Part shown: positions 37,205-47,357 of the stretch, one piece after another | How the letters are laid out: every line of letters begins with the position of its first letter | How positions within the stretch are numbered: the stretch's first letter is position 1 | IMG/VR virus record: IMGVR_UViG_3300003364_000021 | Location: 1 to 64,000 of that record | Length of the DNA stretch: 64,000 nucleotides | DNA from: an uncultured virus (IMG/VR IMGVR_UViG_3300003364_000021) | Taxonomy: Duplodnaviria; Heunggongvirae; Uroviricota; Caudoviricetes | Strand: one strand, 5' to 3' | Translations under genes and position numbers: made by a program | Notes under the pieces: generated by a model | Database searches by the model: none | What the model was told of the DNA's origin: nothing | Seen by the model: the letters and a program-made list of their open reading frames with translations, nothing else

Positions 37205-40200
37205 GACTGTTTGCTTGGATAGCGGCACTCGTGCTCGCCTCGACGGCACCCGCTTCGGCCGGGCCGCTGGCCGCCGCCGCCGCCGCCATCTTTGCCGGGA
37301 TCACGGTCAAAGCCGTCGCGCTCTTTGCCCTGCGGCTATTCGCATCGGTCGGGCTAAGCCTGTTGCAACAGCGCCGAGCCCGGCGCGGGCGCAACACCGC
37401 CTTCGGGCTGCAGGTGACCGCGACCACGCGCGGCGAGCTGGAGAGCGAGACCACAATCGTCGGCCTCTACGCCACCAAAGGGCATCTGATCTATCACAAC
37501 AGCCACGGCCCCAATAACAAATACTACCAGACCGTCATCGAGCTGGGCGGCCTGCCCGGGGCCACCTTCAGCCGCTTGATGGTGGACGGCGTCTATTCCG
37601 AGTTGGGGACAGAGGAACATCCCGACTACGGCTTTCCAGTCCTCGCCAAGCGCGACCTTGGCGTCGATTATGCATGGATCAAGGTCTACGACGGCACCCA
37701 GACCGGCGCAGATCCGACACTCGTCGCCAAATATGCCGAGGACCCCGAGACGCCCTGGACAGAGGCACATATCGGGCACGGCATCCCCTACGCGATCCTG
37801 ACGATGGAAGTGAGCTCCAAGGTCTGGCCCAATGGAGCGCCGGAGCAGCGCTATGAGGAGAACGGCATCCCGTTCTACGATCCCCGCCTCGATAGCACGG
37901 TCGGCGGCACAGGCCTGCACCGCTGGGACGATCCAACGACATGGGGGCCGACACGCAATCCTATCGTGAAGACCTACAACATCCTGCGCGGCCTGTCGCT
38001 CCATGACGGCTCGATCTGGGGCGGCGAGGCCGACGCAGAGGATCTGCCGCTTTGGAACTGGGTGCCGGGCATGAACGCCTGCGACGTGGACGTGGACGGG
38101 CGGCCTCAGTACCAGTCCGGCTATGAGATCAAATTCGCCGAGGACACGTCCGGAGATGTGATCAACGAATTGCTCGCCGCCTGCAACGGCCAGATCGCGG
38201 AGTTCGGGGGCTTCTGGTATATTCAGGTCGGCGCACCCGACATCGCCGTGGCCGCGATCACGGACGACGATCTTCTGGTGACGGACGCCGCCACCAAAGA
38301 CCCGTTTCCCGAACTGCTTGAGATCTTCAACCGGGTCACCGCCAAATATGTCTCGCCCGGCGCGCTCTGGAACGGCGTGCCCCTCGATCAGATCCGCAAT
38401 CCCGACTGGGAGGCAGAGGACGGTATCGTGCGGAATTTCGAGCTGGACCTTCCGGCCGTGTTTAACCCGGGACAGGCCGGGCAACTGGCCGAGGACACGC
38501 TGCGCGACCATCGCCGCTGGCGGCGTCACGCCTGGCCACTGCCGCCCGACTATGCCGGTCTGCGCCCCCTCAATACTGTGGTCGTCACCAGCGCCTGGAA
38601 CGACTACGACGCCAAGCTCTTCGAGGTCACGGAGATCGTGCTCGATCTGCACCGGTTGACCATTGTCACCTCGCTACGCGAGCGCGACCCGGATGATTTC
38701 GAGATCGACCCGGCGTATGAGATCCCCGACCGCGCCTCTATCCTGCCCCGCCCAATCCCTACAGACGCAGGCCTGCCCTTTTTCGACGCCGACGCGCGCA
38801 TTGTCACCAATCAGGCAGGCACCCGTGCGCATGCGGCCGTCGACGTCTTCTGGGATGCCTCCGGGATCGCCGAGACTATCAAGGGCATCGCCATTGAATG
38901 CCAAAAGCGCGAGACCGAGGAGGAGGTCTGGAGCGGCACCGTGCTCGATGTCGAGCGTGGCGCAATGACCATCCAGCCCGTGCCGCCACTCACGAACCTG
39001 CGCGTGCGCGCCAAAGCGCTTTCTGACAATCGCCGAGGCACATGGACTGCATGGATCTGGGTGACCACTGACGACGTGCGTATCCAGCGGGCTGATTTTG
39101 CTGCCGGTATCGAACCCGTCACGATTGTCGAGGGCACGCTCCCAACGGTCAAGCTGACCGAGGCGATCATGTTTGAGAGCAAGCTCTATCGTTGGAGCGG
39201 CACGGCCTATGTCGCCACGGTGCCTGCCGTTGATGTCACTGGGCAGTTGACCGATGCGCAGATCGCGGCCTTGGCGGCGGCAAAACTGACCGGGCAGATA
39301 CAGACACCGCAGATCGCGACCGGCGCAGTCACGGACGCCAAAATTGCGGGGCTTGCTGCCTCGAAAGTTACGGGTCAGTTAACCAACGCGCAGCTTGCCG
39401 CCATCGCAGCCGCAAAGGTGACGGGGCAAATCACCGGTACGCAAATCACGGACGGCGCGATTTCGACACCCAAGATCGCTGTGGGTGCCGTGACCGCCTC
39501 GCAGATCGCAGCAGACACGATCACAGCCGCCAAGATCGCATCCGGCACGATTACAGCAACTGAGATTGCATCGGGCACCATTACCTCTGCCAAGATCGCG
39601 GCAGGCACGATCCAAGGATCCAACATCGCCGCAAACACGATCACCGCGTCACAGATAGCGGCCAGCACCATCACTGCCTCTGAGATTGCGACGGGTGCTG
39701 TTACAGCGGTCAAGATCGCCGCCGCGACAATCACGGGTGATAAGATTGCGGGCACGACGATCACCGGTGACAAGATCGCCGGCAATACGATTACTGCGGC
39801 CAAGATCGCCTCGGGAACTGTCACCGCCGCTGAGATCGCGGCGGGCACCATCACAGGCGACAAGATTTCCGCCAACACGATAACGAGCGCACTGATCGCG
39901 ACGGCTGCGATCAACGCCGGGCAAATCGCTACGAATGCAATCACAACGGCCAAGATCAACGGACGCGCTGTCACTGAGCCGTCCACGTTCTTCGAGAACT
40001 ACGGCGGCGGCACCAAGACGCCCGCGACAGCCACGGCATGGAACAACGCGACGTCTTTCATTGTGAACGTGCCGGATAGTGGCTCGCTTCTGATGATTGA
40101 CTGCCATGTGAATTGGCTGCTGAACGGCGGGCCAACTGCTGGGTCGTGGGGGCTGCGTCTGCTGCTGAGCGGGTCGCCCTTTGACTCTCAGGGTGGTGCA

Positions 40201-40344
40201 CATTTTCAGGAGCTTGTTCCGTTTCGGCGAACAATCTCAGTGGGGACTGGCAATCAGACAATCACGCTGGAATGCCAGCGCGGCTCGGGTGTGCCCTTCC
40301 TGATCCAGAACGTCCATTCCGTCGCCACGATCCTCAAGAGGTAA
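37201..40344 (+). CDS. Tail tip / host-specificity protein with 10-aa repeats
   Basis: YDPRLDST.GG, central phage-tail domain, (TIT..KIA.G)n. Confidence 0.85.
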   Translation: MRLFAWIAALVLASTAPASAGPLAAAAAAIFAGITVKAVALFALRLFASVGLSLLQQRRARRGRNTAFGLQVTATTRGELESETTIVGLYATKGHLIYHNSHGPNNKYYQTVIELGGLPGATFSRLMVDGVYSELGTEEHPDYGFPVLAKRDLGVDYAWIKVYDGTQTGADPTLVAKYAEDPETPWTEAHIGHGIPYAILTMEVSSKVWPNGAPEQRYEENGIPFYDPRLDSTVGGTGLHRWDDPTTWGPTRNPIVKTYNILRGLSLHDGSIWGGEADAEDLPLWNWVPGMNACDVDVDGRPQYQSGYEIKFAEDTSGDVINELLAACNGQIAEFGGFWYIQVGAPDIAVAAITDDDLLVTDAATKDPFPELLEIFNRVTAKYVSPGALWNGVPLDQIRNPDWEAEDGIVRNFELDLPAVFNPGQAGQLAEDTLRDHRRWRRHAWPLPPDYAGLRPLNTVVVTSAWNDYDAKLFEVTEIVLDLHRLTIVTSLRERDPDDFEIDPAYEIPDRASILPRPIPTDAGLPFFDADARIVTNQAGTRAHAAVDVFWDASGIAETIKGIAIECQKRETEEEVWSGTVLDVERGAMTIQPVPPLTNLRVRAKALSDNRRGTWTAWIWVTTDDVRIQRADFAAGIEPVTIVEGTLPTVKLTEAIMFESKLYRWSGTAYVATVPAVDVTGQLTDAQIAALAAAKLTGQIQTPQIATGAVTDAKIAGLAASKVTGQLTNAQLAAIAAAKVTGQITGTQITDGAISTPKIAVGAVTASQIAADTITAAKIASGTITATEIASGTITSAKIAAGTIQGSNIAANTITASQIAASTITASEIATGAVTAVKIAAATITGDKIAGTTITGDKIAGNTITAAKIASGTVTAAEIAAGTITGDKISANTITSALIATAAINAGQIATNAITTAKINGRAVTEPSTFFENYGGGTKTPATATAWNNATSFIVNVPDSGSLLMIDCHVNWLLNGGPTAGSWGLRLLLSGSPFDSQGGAHFQELVPFRRTISVGTGNQTITLECQRGSGVPFLIQNVHSVATILKR
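39230..39970 (+). repeat. Degenerate 30-nt coding tandem repeat
   Basis: About 20 copies of a TITAAKIASG-like decapeptide; boundaries approximate. Confidence 0.8.
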
Positions 40345-40347
40345 CGC

Positions 40348-40755
40348 ATGACCGTCAGCGCCAACATCTATAACCCGGCCACGGGTCAGATCACGGGCCA
40401 CGTTGAGGCATCGGCAAGCACCATTGCCGCCAATGTCACGCCTGAGCGGGGCCTGTTTGTCGGTGCGCTGGCAGACACTGCGACACACTACATTGCGTCG
40501 GACCCGCTGCGCATCGAGGCGCGCCCGACGATCACGCCGCCTGCCACCACGCAAGACACCGGCTGGGTTTATGACCTGTCCCTGCTACCCGTCGGGAGCG
40601 CGGTAACAGTGCGCAACGAAGTGGGCGACGAGCTCGTCATCATGAACCTGTCGGAGCCTCTGACGCTGGTCGATGCAGGCGTGTACGCCCTCGCCGTCGC
40701 CCCGCCGTTTCCGTGGGTCGGGTTTGATGCAGAGGTGGAGGTAAGCGATGCCTGA
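40348..40755 (+). CDS. Tail-associated hypothetical protein
   Basis: ORF in tail operon. Confidence 0.6.
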   Translation: MTVSANIYNPATGQITGHVEASASTIAANVTPERGLFVGALADTATHYIASDPLRIEARPTITPPATTQDTGWVYDLSLLPVGSAVTVRNEVGDELVIMNLSEPLTLVDAGVYALAVAPPFPWVGFDAEVEVSDA

Positions 40756-41089
40756 GTTCCGCCAAAATACACCCCGCGCACAGGCCATCCGCGCCGCCCA
40801 AATCAAGGCGGACTGCAGGACCCTCATCCTCTCCGTGGCCGACTTGGAAACACAGAGCAACATCGCCCAGGCGGGCATCCTGTTCTCGACAGCCACCATC
40901 AACGGCGCGGCGCGCGCCGACGCGCTGGCACTCGCAGGCCTCATCGAGGGCGACCAGGAGCGCGCCGTTGCATGGACCGCGTGGCGCAAGGCGATGCAGG
41001 CGGAGAGCCGTCGCGCCATCGAGGACGGGGATGCACCCGTCTGGCCAGACGTACCAACCGGGGTCGCGGAATTCGCGGCCCGACACTGA
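40748..41089 (+). CDS. Tail-fibre chaperone-like hypothetical protein
   Basis: W..WR.AM...WP..P C-terminus. Confidence 0.55.
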   Translation: MPEFRQNTPRAQAIRAAQIKADCRTLILSVADLETQSNIAQAGILFSTATINGAARADALALAGLIEGDQERAVAWTAWRKAMQAESRRAIEDGDAPVWPDVPTGVAEFAARH

Positions 41090-41122
41090 AACCACGAACA
41101 CCCAAACCAAAAGGAAACTGAC

Positions 41123-41527
41123 ATGTCGACCTTCTCCACCTACCTCGAAGCCGCCCTGCTCAATCACGTTTTTCGCAACACCCCGCTGCCCAGCCCCGAG
41201 GCGGTGTATCTGGCGCTCTTTACGGCCGCGCCCACTGACGCAGGCGGCGGCACTGAAGTGACCGGCAGCGGCTATGCCCGCGCGGCCGTGACCTTTGCCG
41301 CGCCCGCTGCCGATCCGGAGGATGGCACCCGACAGGCGGTGCTCAACGGCCCGGACGTCGTGTTTTCCTCGACCCACGATCCGGTGCAGAGCGTTGTTGC
41401 CGTCGCCTATTACGATGCGGCGACAGGGGGCAATTTTCTGAGCTGGTCGGCAATCCCCCCCGCCGATCTGGGCGTGGGCGCGGAGATCAAGTTCCCGGCG
41501 TCGAAACTCAAGGAATTCCTTTCCTGA
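41123..41527 (+). CDS. Virion fibre/spike-associated protein
   Basis: YLE..LL.H...YLALFTA.P...EV.G..YAR...DAATGGNFL. Confidence 0.65.
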   Translation: MSTFSTYLEAALLNHVFRNTPLPSPEAVYLALFTAAPTDAGGGTEVTGSGYARAAVTFAAPAADPEDGTRQAVLNGPDVVFSSTHDPVQSVVAVAYYDAATGGNFLSWSAIPPADLGVGAEIKFPASKLKEFLS

Positions 41528-41745
41528 TGAACCGCGTCGCCTATGAGAGCAACGGCGGCCCGGTGGTGGATGGCGTTCGCGCCATCCACGCCTGGAACGC
41601 GGCTCTCATGGCGGCAATCGACCTGCTCGAAAAATACGAGCGCCCGAATGTGAGCCTCAAGACCTTAAGTTCGGACACGTTCGACGCGGGGCGGATGGAT
41701 CTCGCGGCCTCACTCAAGCGGGATCTCCGCGCTCTCAAGCTGTGA
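41527..41745 (+). CDS. Hypothetical protein
   Basis: Coupled ORF. Confidence 0.5.
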   Translation: MNRVAYESNGGPVVDGVRAIHAWNAALMAAIDLLEKYERPNVSLKTLSSDTFDAGRMDLAASLKRDLRALKL

Positions 41746-41767
41746 CATCACGTAAGGAAGCCCAAAG

Positions 41768-43237
41768 ATGGCGCTGATCACCACGAATCTTAAAGCTCAG
41801 TTCGAGACAACCAACACGGTTGTCTCCCCGACGCTGTGGGTGGACGAAGTCGCCGGGATTGAGCTAGTCCAAGAACACCTTATGACTGCGCCAGTGTTGC
41901 GGACAGGCGAAGAGGGAACACCTACTGGAGCGAGTTATTTTCAGTTTGTCGGTAGCATTGACGGACTTGGGAATGACACCTTATACGACCACGATCTGCC
42001 AGACGGGGCGGAGCCTCGTACGATGTACATCGTTGCCCGTTATCCTAACCAAGTGAACGCCGGTAACTTCAACGGCGTGATGTATGGCAATCCCTCTACG
42101 CGCCAGGCATTCGGTATGGTGATGAGCGGCACTGAAAAAGTGCTCACCGACTTCTGGGCGGCCAGCTATGCGTCGGTCGATAGTTTCAACGATGACCTTT
42201 GGCATGTGCTAGCGGTCACTTTTGACGGGGAAGATGTTGAAGGGTTCATCGACAACGTGAACCTGATGGGCGGCACCCCGGCCACGCTCAACACGGTACT
42301 GGAACGCCTCTATATCAATTACAAACTCAGCAACAACAGCGGTGCCTTCATGGATTGTGCCGCTGTTTTGATCTATGCCGGGGCGCATAATCCGGCGCAG
42401 TTGGCTGAGACGAACGCCTATCTTCGCAACAAGTATATCGAGGAAATCCCTAGTGGCGGTGGGACGGTTGTTTCTGAGCGCGCCGCATCGAGTGGCGGCA
42501 CCTCGGGTCTGAACGCCGCTCCTGTCTCCGTGCTCTCACGAACCGCATCGAACGGCGGCACATCGGGAGCTACGGCGGCCCCCGTTATCGTGCAGGGCCG
42601 CGCTGCGACCTCCGGCGGAACATCTGGTGCCGACGCGGCAGCCACTCTCGTCTCGGGTCGCGCTGGCGCATCCGGCGGCACCTCTGGCGCGTCTGCAAGC
42701 CCTGTCCGGATCGCCACGCGCAGCGCACCGGGCGGCGGCGCGTCGGGCTCGCCTGCGGCCCCTGTGCAGGTCGCGCTGCGCGGGGCATCAAGCGGCGGCG
42801 CGTCGGGATCCGAGGCCTTGCCCCAGGCGGGCACTCAAACAAGCCGCGGCGCCACGTCAGGAGGCGCATCTGGGTCTGAGGCTATGGCGGTCCGTGTGCA
42901 GACGCGCAGCGCCTCCAGCGGCGGGGTCTCTGGCACCGGGGCCATGGCCGTGCATGTCAGCGTCAAGGCGGCGGCGTCAGGAGGGCTGTCAGGGGCAGAG
43001 GCCATACCCGCCGCAGTCACACTGCGCGCGGCCAACGCTGGCGGTGTGTCCGGCCTCACAGCCGAACCCACGCTGATCGCGGCCCGGTCTGCGGTCTCGG
43101 GAGGCACATCCGGGTCAGAGGCCGCACCCGCTGACACAAGCCGGGTGGTGGATTTCAGGGCAACGGCGCTCTGGGATGAACCACGCTTTACCGCTCTTTG
43201 GGATGAGCCACGTTTTGTGGCCGAATGGAGAGACTGA
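41768..43237 (+). CDS. LamG/lectin-like domain plus Ser/Gly repeat stalk protein
   Basis: WHVLAVTFDG..V..FID motif; about 21-aa R.A.SGG.SG..A.P repeats. Confidence 0.65.
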   Translation: MALITTNLKAQFETTNTVVSPTLWVDEVAGIELVQEHLMTAPVLRTGEEGTPTGASYFQFVGSIDGLGNDTLYDHDLPDGAEPRTMYIVARYPNQVNAGNFNGVMYGNPSTRQAFGMVMSGTEKVLTDFWAASYASVDSFNDDLWHVLAVTFDGEDVEGFIDNVNLMGGTPATLNTVLERLYINYKLSNNSGAFMDCAAVLIYAGAHNPAQLAETNAYLRNKYIEEIPSGGGTVVSERAASSGGTSGLNAAPVSVLSRTASNGGTSGATAAPVIVQGRAATSGGTSGADAAATLVSGRAGASGGTSGASASPVRIATRSAPGGGASGSPAAPVQVALRGASSGGASGSEALPQAGTQTSRGATSGGASGSEAMAVRVQTRSASSGGVSGTGAMAVHVSVKAAASGGLSGAEAIPAAVTLRAANAGGVSGLTAEPTLIAARSAVSGGTSGSEAAPADTSRVVDFRATALWDEPRFTALWDEPRFVAEWRD

Positions 43238-43530
43238 TGGACGAGATGAAGACCTTCGAGAAAAACACCTATTCCGCCGTCATCACCTTTCTCAGGAAGG
43301 ACAGCACCGCGCCCGATCTCAGCGGGGCCGCTGTAGAGGCATGGGCGCTCGGCGCTGGCCCCACCATCCCCTTGGGGGTGAGTGTCCTGGACGGCATGGC
43401 CGGCGTGGTGCGCGTGTTCTGGCCTGCGGAGACATTTGCGGCGGGGCTCTACGAGGTCCAGCTGCGCGCCTCGAAAGGCGGCAAGACGGAAACCTATGCG
43501 GCGCGCCTGACAGTCGCCCGGTCGATCTGA
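43237..43530 (+). CDS. Hypothetical protein (BppU-N-like)
   Basis: DLSGA.V...G.V...G.YEVQL pattern. Confidence 0.5.
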   Translation: MDEMKTFEKNTYSAVITFLRKDSTAPDLSGAAVEAWALGAGPTIPLGVSVLDGMAGVVRVFWPAETFAAGLYEVQLRASKGGKTETYAARLTVARSI

Positions 43531-43701
43531 AGACATCCCCCAATGTGTGGGGATTACCCGGTGGCCGTGAGCGGCCGCCCTACAGGAGGCCCCGAGCGTG
43601 CTGGAGGGCACGCCCGGGCACGCGGGGCCAGTCACCAAACATACCCCCGCCGACCAGAAACACCTCATGGCCGCTCCCTGCCCCAAGGGGGCGGCGGGAC
43701 T

Positions 43702-43920
43702 ATGAGGCGATTCGATTTGGAAGGTCTAGAACTGCGTTGCTGCGCATGCAGCCGTTTGCTATTTAAATATCAGAGAGGGGCGCAAATATCCGGCGTCTCG
43801 ATCAAATGCCCGCGCTGCCGGGCGATGAATATCCTGAGGCCAAGAGCCCTTCCCCAAACGCGCGATGCGCAGAGAGAAGGAGCCAAACTTGACCAGATCG
43901 ACCACACTCCCGAAACCTGA
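43702..43920 (+). CDS. com: Com-family Zn-finger translational regulator
   Basis: RCCACSRLL...IKCPRC..N.LRP; Mu com position. Confidence 0.8.
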   Translation: MRRFDLEGLELRCCACSRLLFKYQRGAQISGVSIKCPRCRAMNILRPRALPQTRDAQREGAKLDQIDHTPET

Positions 43921-44071
43921 GCTGCCGCCCGGTGCGCCGGGCCTGCCCAAAGGCGTCCGCTACCGGCGGCAATATGGCGTCATCGTCCTCCTCGAGGACG
44001 AGGTGGCTCAAATCAACGCCTTCGGCCGGTTGCGCCGCCAAGGCTTCAAATGCCGCGTGGTGGTCACATGA
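43889..44071 (+). CDS. Small hypothetical protein coupled to ATPase-GNAT
   Basis: GAAGGAG RBS plus TTG start; QYGVIV..EDE..Q...F..L...G.KCRVV. Confidence 0.6.
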   Translation: MTRSTTLPKPELPPGAPGLPKGVRYRRQYGVIVLLEDEVAQINAFGRLRRQGFKCRVVVT

Positions 44072-45177
44072 AGCTCGCCATCCACCACGCCAGCCCCATC
44101 CCGGATACCTACCGCGCCGCCCGGGTCTCCAGCCTCTTCAACGTCGAGGGCGACGCGGATTTCCGCATCGAGGTCGAGGCCGATCTGGCAGCACAGCCCT
44201 GGCAGATAGGCCTCATCGTCGGCCCCTCTGGCAGCGGGAAATCCTCGCTCGCCCGCGAAGCCTTCGGAGCGGAGCTTGACCCGCGCCCGTGGCCCGAGGG
44301 CGCGCTGATCGACGCGATTGACCCCGAGGGCGAATTCGACGCCGTCGCGGCCGCCCTCTCCGCCGTGGGCCTCGGCACGGTGCCCAGCTGGCTGCGCCCC
44401 TATCCCCACCTCTCCACCGGCGAGCAGTTCCGGGCCGAGCTCGCGCGCATTCTGGCCGAGCGGCCGAGCTTTGCCATTCTCGACGAGTTCACCTCGACCA
44501 TTGACCGGCGCGTGGCCCAGATCGGGGCGGCAGCCTTTGCCAAGGCATGGCGGCGGGGCTCTGGCCAGTTCGTCGCCGTCACCTGTCACGAGGACGTCGT
44601 GTCCTGGTTGCAGCCCGATTGGGTGATCGACACCCGCCGGGCCGAGTTTCGCTGGAGGCGTCTTCGACGGGCACCCCGCATTGCCATGGACATTCACCAG
44701 ACAGACGGCTCCTTCTGGCCCGCCTTTGAGCCGCATCACTACCTGAAGCTGCCCCGCATGATCGCGGCCAATTACTACGTGGGCTTCGTCGACGGCGCAC
44801 CGGTGGCGCATCTGGCCGTCTCGACCCGGCCGGGGCTGGTCGAAGGCCGCGCCTGCCGCCTTGTCGTCATGCCTGAGTGGCAGGGCGCGGGGCTGGGGCT
44901 GCGCTTTCTCAACGAGGTTTGCGCGCTCTGGCGGCGCGGCGTGAACCGCTACGACAAACCGATGCCGATGCTGTTTCACACCTCGCATCCCGGCCTCGCC
45001 GCCGCCCTGCGCCGCGATCCCCTCTGGGCACAGGTTTCGGCCATCCTCTATGCCGAGGCCAAGGAACGCAGCATGAAGACCCTCGCCGCCGCCCGGGCAC
45101 GCAAAGGCCTCAAACCCGCCGGGAGCGGCTACGGCGGGCATTTCCGCGCGGTGCAGGGCTTTCGGTATGTCGAGTGA
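44068..45177 (+). CDS. ABC-type ATPase fused to GNAT acetyltransferase (mom position; putative DNA modification)
   Basis: GPSGSGKS, LSTGE, ILDEF; HHYL; RLVVMPEWQGAGLG acetyl-CoA motif. Confidence 0.8.
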   Translation: MKLAIHHASPIPDTYRAARVSSLFNVEGDADFRIEVEADLAAQPWQIGLIVGPSGSGKSSLAREAFGAELDPRPWPEGALIDAIDPEGEFDAVAAALSAVGLGTVPSWLRPYPHLSTGEQFRAELARILAERPSFAILDEFTSTIDRRVAQIGAAAFAKAWRRGSGQFVAVTCHEDVVSWLQPDWVIDTRRAEFRWRRLRRAPRIAMDIHQTDGSFWPAFEPHHYLKLPRMIAANYYVGFVDGAPVAHLAVSTRPGLVEGRACRLVVMPEWQGAGLGLRFLNEVCALWRRGVNRYDKPMPMLFHTSHPGLAAALRRDPLWAQVSAILYAEAKERSMKTLAAARARKGLKPAGSGYGGHFRAVQGFRYVE

Positions 45178-45289
45178 GGGGGGTGTTAAAGGGGCGTTGA
45201 AACAGCCCCTCATGTTCCTTCCCAATGATCGGTGTCAGGCGGTAGCCGATCGAGATCAAACTCCCAGCTAGCCGACGCAGCACGAGCAG

Positions 45290-45314
45290 GAAGGGCGGAA
45301 AGCGGAAGTTCGCT
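45290..45314 (+). repeat. Cargo-flanking repeat, type 1
   Basis: 21/25 identical to 3010-3034. Confidence 0.6.
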
Positions 45315-45504
45315 ATGGGTGCGAGGCCTGAAAACCATAGTTTCTAGGCGGATATTCATTTGGCCAATCTCTTATGCCTTCGTGTTGGGCCAGCGATTGG
45401 CCCTCGACTTGGACTTGATGAGCAATCAGTCGCGACGTTTTTCTGATGTGCAACGGTCAAATTTGGTTTAGGGTCCCCCGAAAAGGCAGCGGCGAATTCG
45501 ACCA

Positions 45505-46401
45505 ATGTACACAGATAGAACTCGCGACCACCACAAGGATGCGGCGATTGCTCGCCTTTTTTCGGCCGGCGTTGTTAGAGAACTTGCTGAAAAAGGCAGC
45601 TCTGCCAAGTTTAGCTCGTTGGTAAATCAAGCTGAACTATTCGAACTTCAAGAAGTTCGCACCGTCGGTGACGCGTTTGACTTTGGCTTCGCTCAATTAC
45701 GCCGAAGTGGCCTCCGAAATGAATACATTTATCAGTCGGCTATAGTTCAAAACGTGCTCTTAGGTAAACATTCCCTGAAAACAGCCAGTATGGTGAGAGA
45801 GTTTCGAACTGGAGCTAGCAGAGCGGATGTTGTCATATTGAACGGCACATCTACAGTCTATGAGGTTAAATCCGAACGTGACAGTCTCCAGAGACTTGAG
45901 AAACAACTAGAAGACTACGCCGATATATTTGCTCGTACGTATGTAATTGCTTCAGAACGTCACATCAACGCGATAAAAGAGCTCGCGCCGCTTCACGTAG
46001 GCGTTATGTATCTGAAAAGATGGAATAGCATAAGCACAGTTAGAGAAGCCGTCGATCGGCCAGACGAAGTTAAACCACTCAGCATTCTGGGGGCTCTTCG
46101 AAGAACTGAGGCAATTCGTATTCTCAAACACATAGGCAAGCCTGTACCTTCCGTGCCAAACACTCAGATGTTTAGCGCGCTTTCAGAACTCTACGAACGC
46201 CTTGATCCAAGAGAAGTCCATGACGCAATGGTTCAGGTGCTCAGGCAGAGCCGAACACAACATTCTTTCCAGAGACTCGTCGAAGATCTACCTTTATCGT
46301 TGCATGCCGCCGCATTGATGTACAACTTAAGGCTAAGTGACGGGGCAAAACTGGTGCAAGCCATTAAAACTCCAATCGAACAATCAATATTTTGGAGTTA
46401 G
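45505..46401 (+). CDS. sce7726-family protein (PD-(D/E)xK-like)
   Basis: RNEYIY, EF....RAD.V.LNG....YEVKSERD.L.RL..Q. Confidence 0.8.
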   Translation: MYTDRTRDHHKDAAIARLFSAGVVRELAEKGSSAKFSSLVNQAELFELQEVRTVGDAFDFGFAQLRRSGLRNEYIYQSAIVQNVLLGKHSLKTASMVREFRTGASRADVVILNGTSTVYEVKSERDSLQRLEKQLEDYADIFARTYVIASERHINAIKELAPLHVGVMYLKRWNSISTVREAVDRPDEVKPLSILGALRRTEAIRILKHIGKPVPSVPNTQMFSALSELYERLDPREVHDAMVQVLRQSRTQHSFQRLVEDLPLSLHAAALMYNLRLSDGAKLVQAIKTPIEQSIFWS

Positions 46402-46409
46402 GATGTTAA

Positions 46410-47357
46410 ATGTACTTTCCATACTTTCGCGGTAAGCAATTTGAGCTCATCACTATTCGAGATACCGCAGAATTGCTGGCGAAGGCTGGTTTCATACCCA
46501 TAATTGAACCCGTAAAAGAAGCACTGAAGGGGTTGACCCGTGCGCTTGACGCGGTTTGTGAAAGCGGTGGGCATGCGATCGTAATAGTGAATCCTCAACA
46601 TGGAAGCTTAGCTGGAAATGGAGCCGCAATATCGACTTTTCTCAAGGAAGGCTATCTTGAGACCGACAACGTAAGCGCTGGCATCTTATTGACGGATACG
46701 ATGACGGTAATAGATGCCATGACGCTTTTTGAAGCTCATACAAATCATAGGCCGTATTTTATTCACTCGGGCTTTCTGCAGGAAAACGGCCTCGCAGAAA
46801 AACTTGGGGACGAGCTCAGTCATACACGACATGTCTTCATCGAACAGGCTAGCCCTGTATTATACCGAAAGAAGTTCAGCAGTGCTTCTCGAGTGCTGCT
46901 TCGGGATGGATTCAACAAACAGCGGAATGCTAGTTATCCTGCTGTTGAGCTTTTTTCAGATTTGCATGTAACATTTAATTCCGAGTTGGGTTTGAATGGT
47001 TTTGGAGACTTCCTAACTGTCGGGGATGACTATAGTGAGACAGGTGGACCTGCTTATGCCGTCGCCATTCACATGACGTTCATTGATCCAGACAAAGACG
47101 ATCAGATGTACGTGCGCCATTTTGTGTCAGATTCAAATAGCACTCCAACGGATCCTGCTGGAAAGTTCGCAGAAGCGCTCTCTAAGCTGGTCACGAAGTT
47201 CAATCACGGAACATCAAACCTGTTTCATGGTAAGGCTTTATCTGAGTTCCTAGAGTTGCATGCAAAACAACACTTTCCAGGGCTGGGTCAGGTTAAAAAA
47301 CTTTCGATGATCCATCACATTGAGACACTGGCAGACTATTTTTCTGAGGCGAATTGA
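46410..47357 (+). CDS. sce7725-family (beta-protein-like) protein
   Basis: MYFPYFRGKQFEL, PIIEPV, GFGDF...GGPAYAVAIH, FPGLG..KKLS..HH. Confidence 0.85.
   Translation: MYFPYFRGKQFELITIRDTAELLAKAGFIPIIEPVKEALKGLTRALDAVCESGGHAIVIVNPQHGSLAGNGAAISTFLKEGYLETDNVSAGILLTDTMTVIDAMTLFEAHTNHRPYFIHSGFLQENGLAEKLGDELSHTRHVFIEQASPVLYRKKFSSASRVLLRDGFNKQRNASYPAVELFSDLHVTFNSELGLNGFGDFLTVGDDYSETGGPAYAVAIHMTFIDPDKDDQMYVRHFVSDSNSTPTDPAGKFAEALSKLVTKFNHGTSNLFHGKALSEFLELHAKQHFPGLGQVKKLSMIHHIETLADYFSEAN

Noticed and set aside
21761..38652. Long antisense ORFs (e.g. 21761-23863, 34327-35928, 37354-38652)
   Set aside because: High-GC shadow frames opposite well-supported phage genes.
39230..43140. Tandem repeats as CRISPR array or DGR template
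   Set aside because: Degenerate in-frame coding repeats with no spacers; no cas or reverse transcriptase gene.
44068..45177. ABC transporter ATPase partnering the permease at 4591
   Set aside because: Fused to a GNAT domain, sits behind com, and lies 40 kb away.
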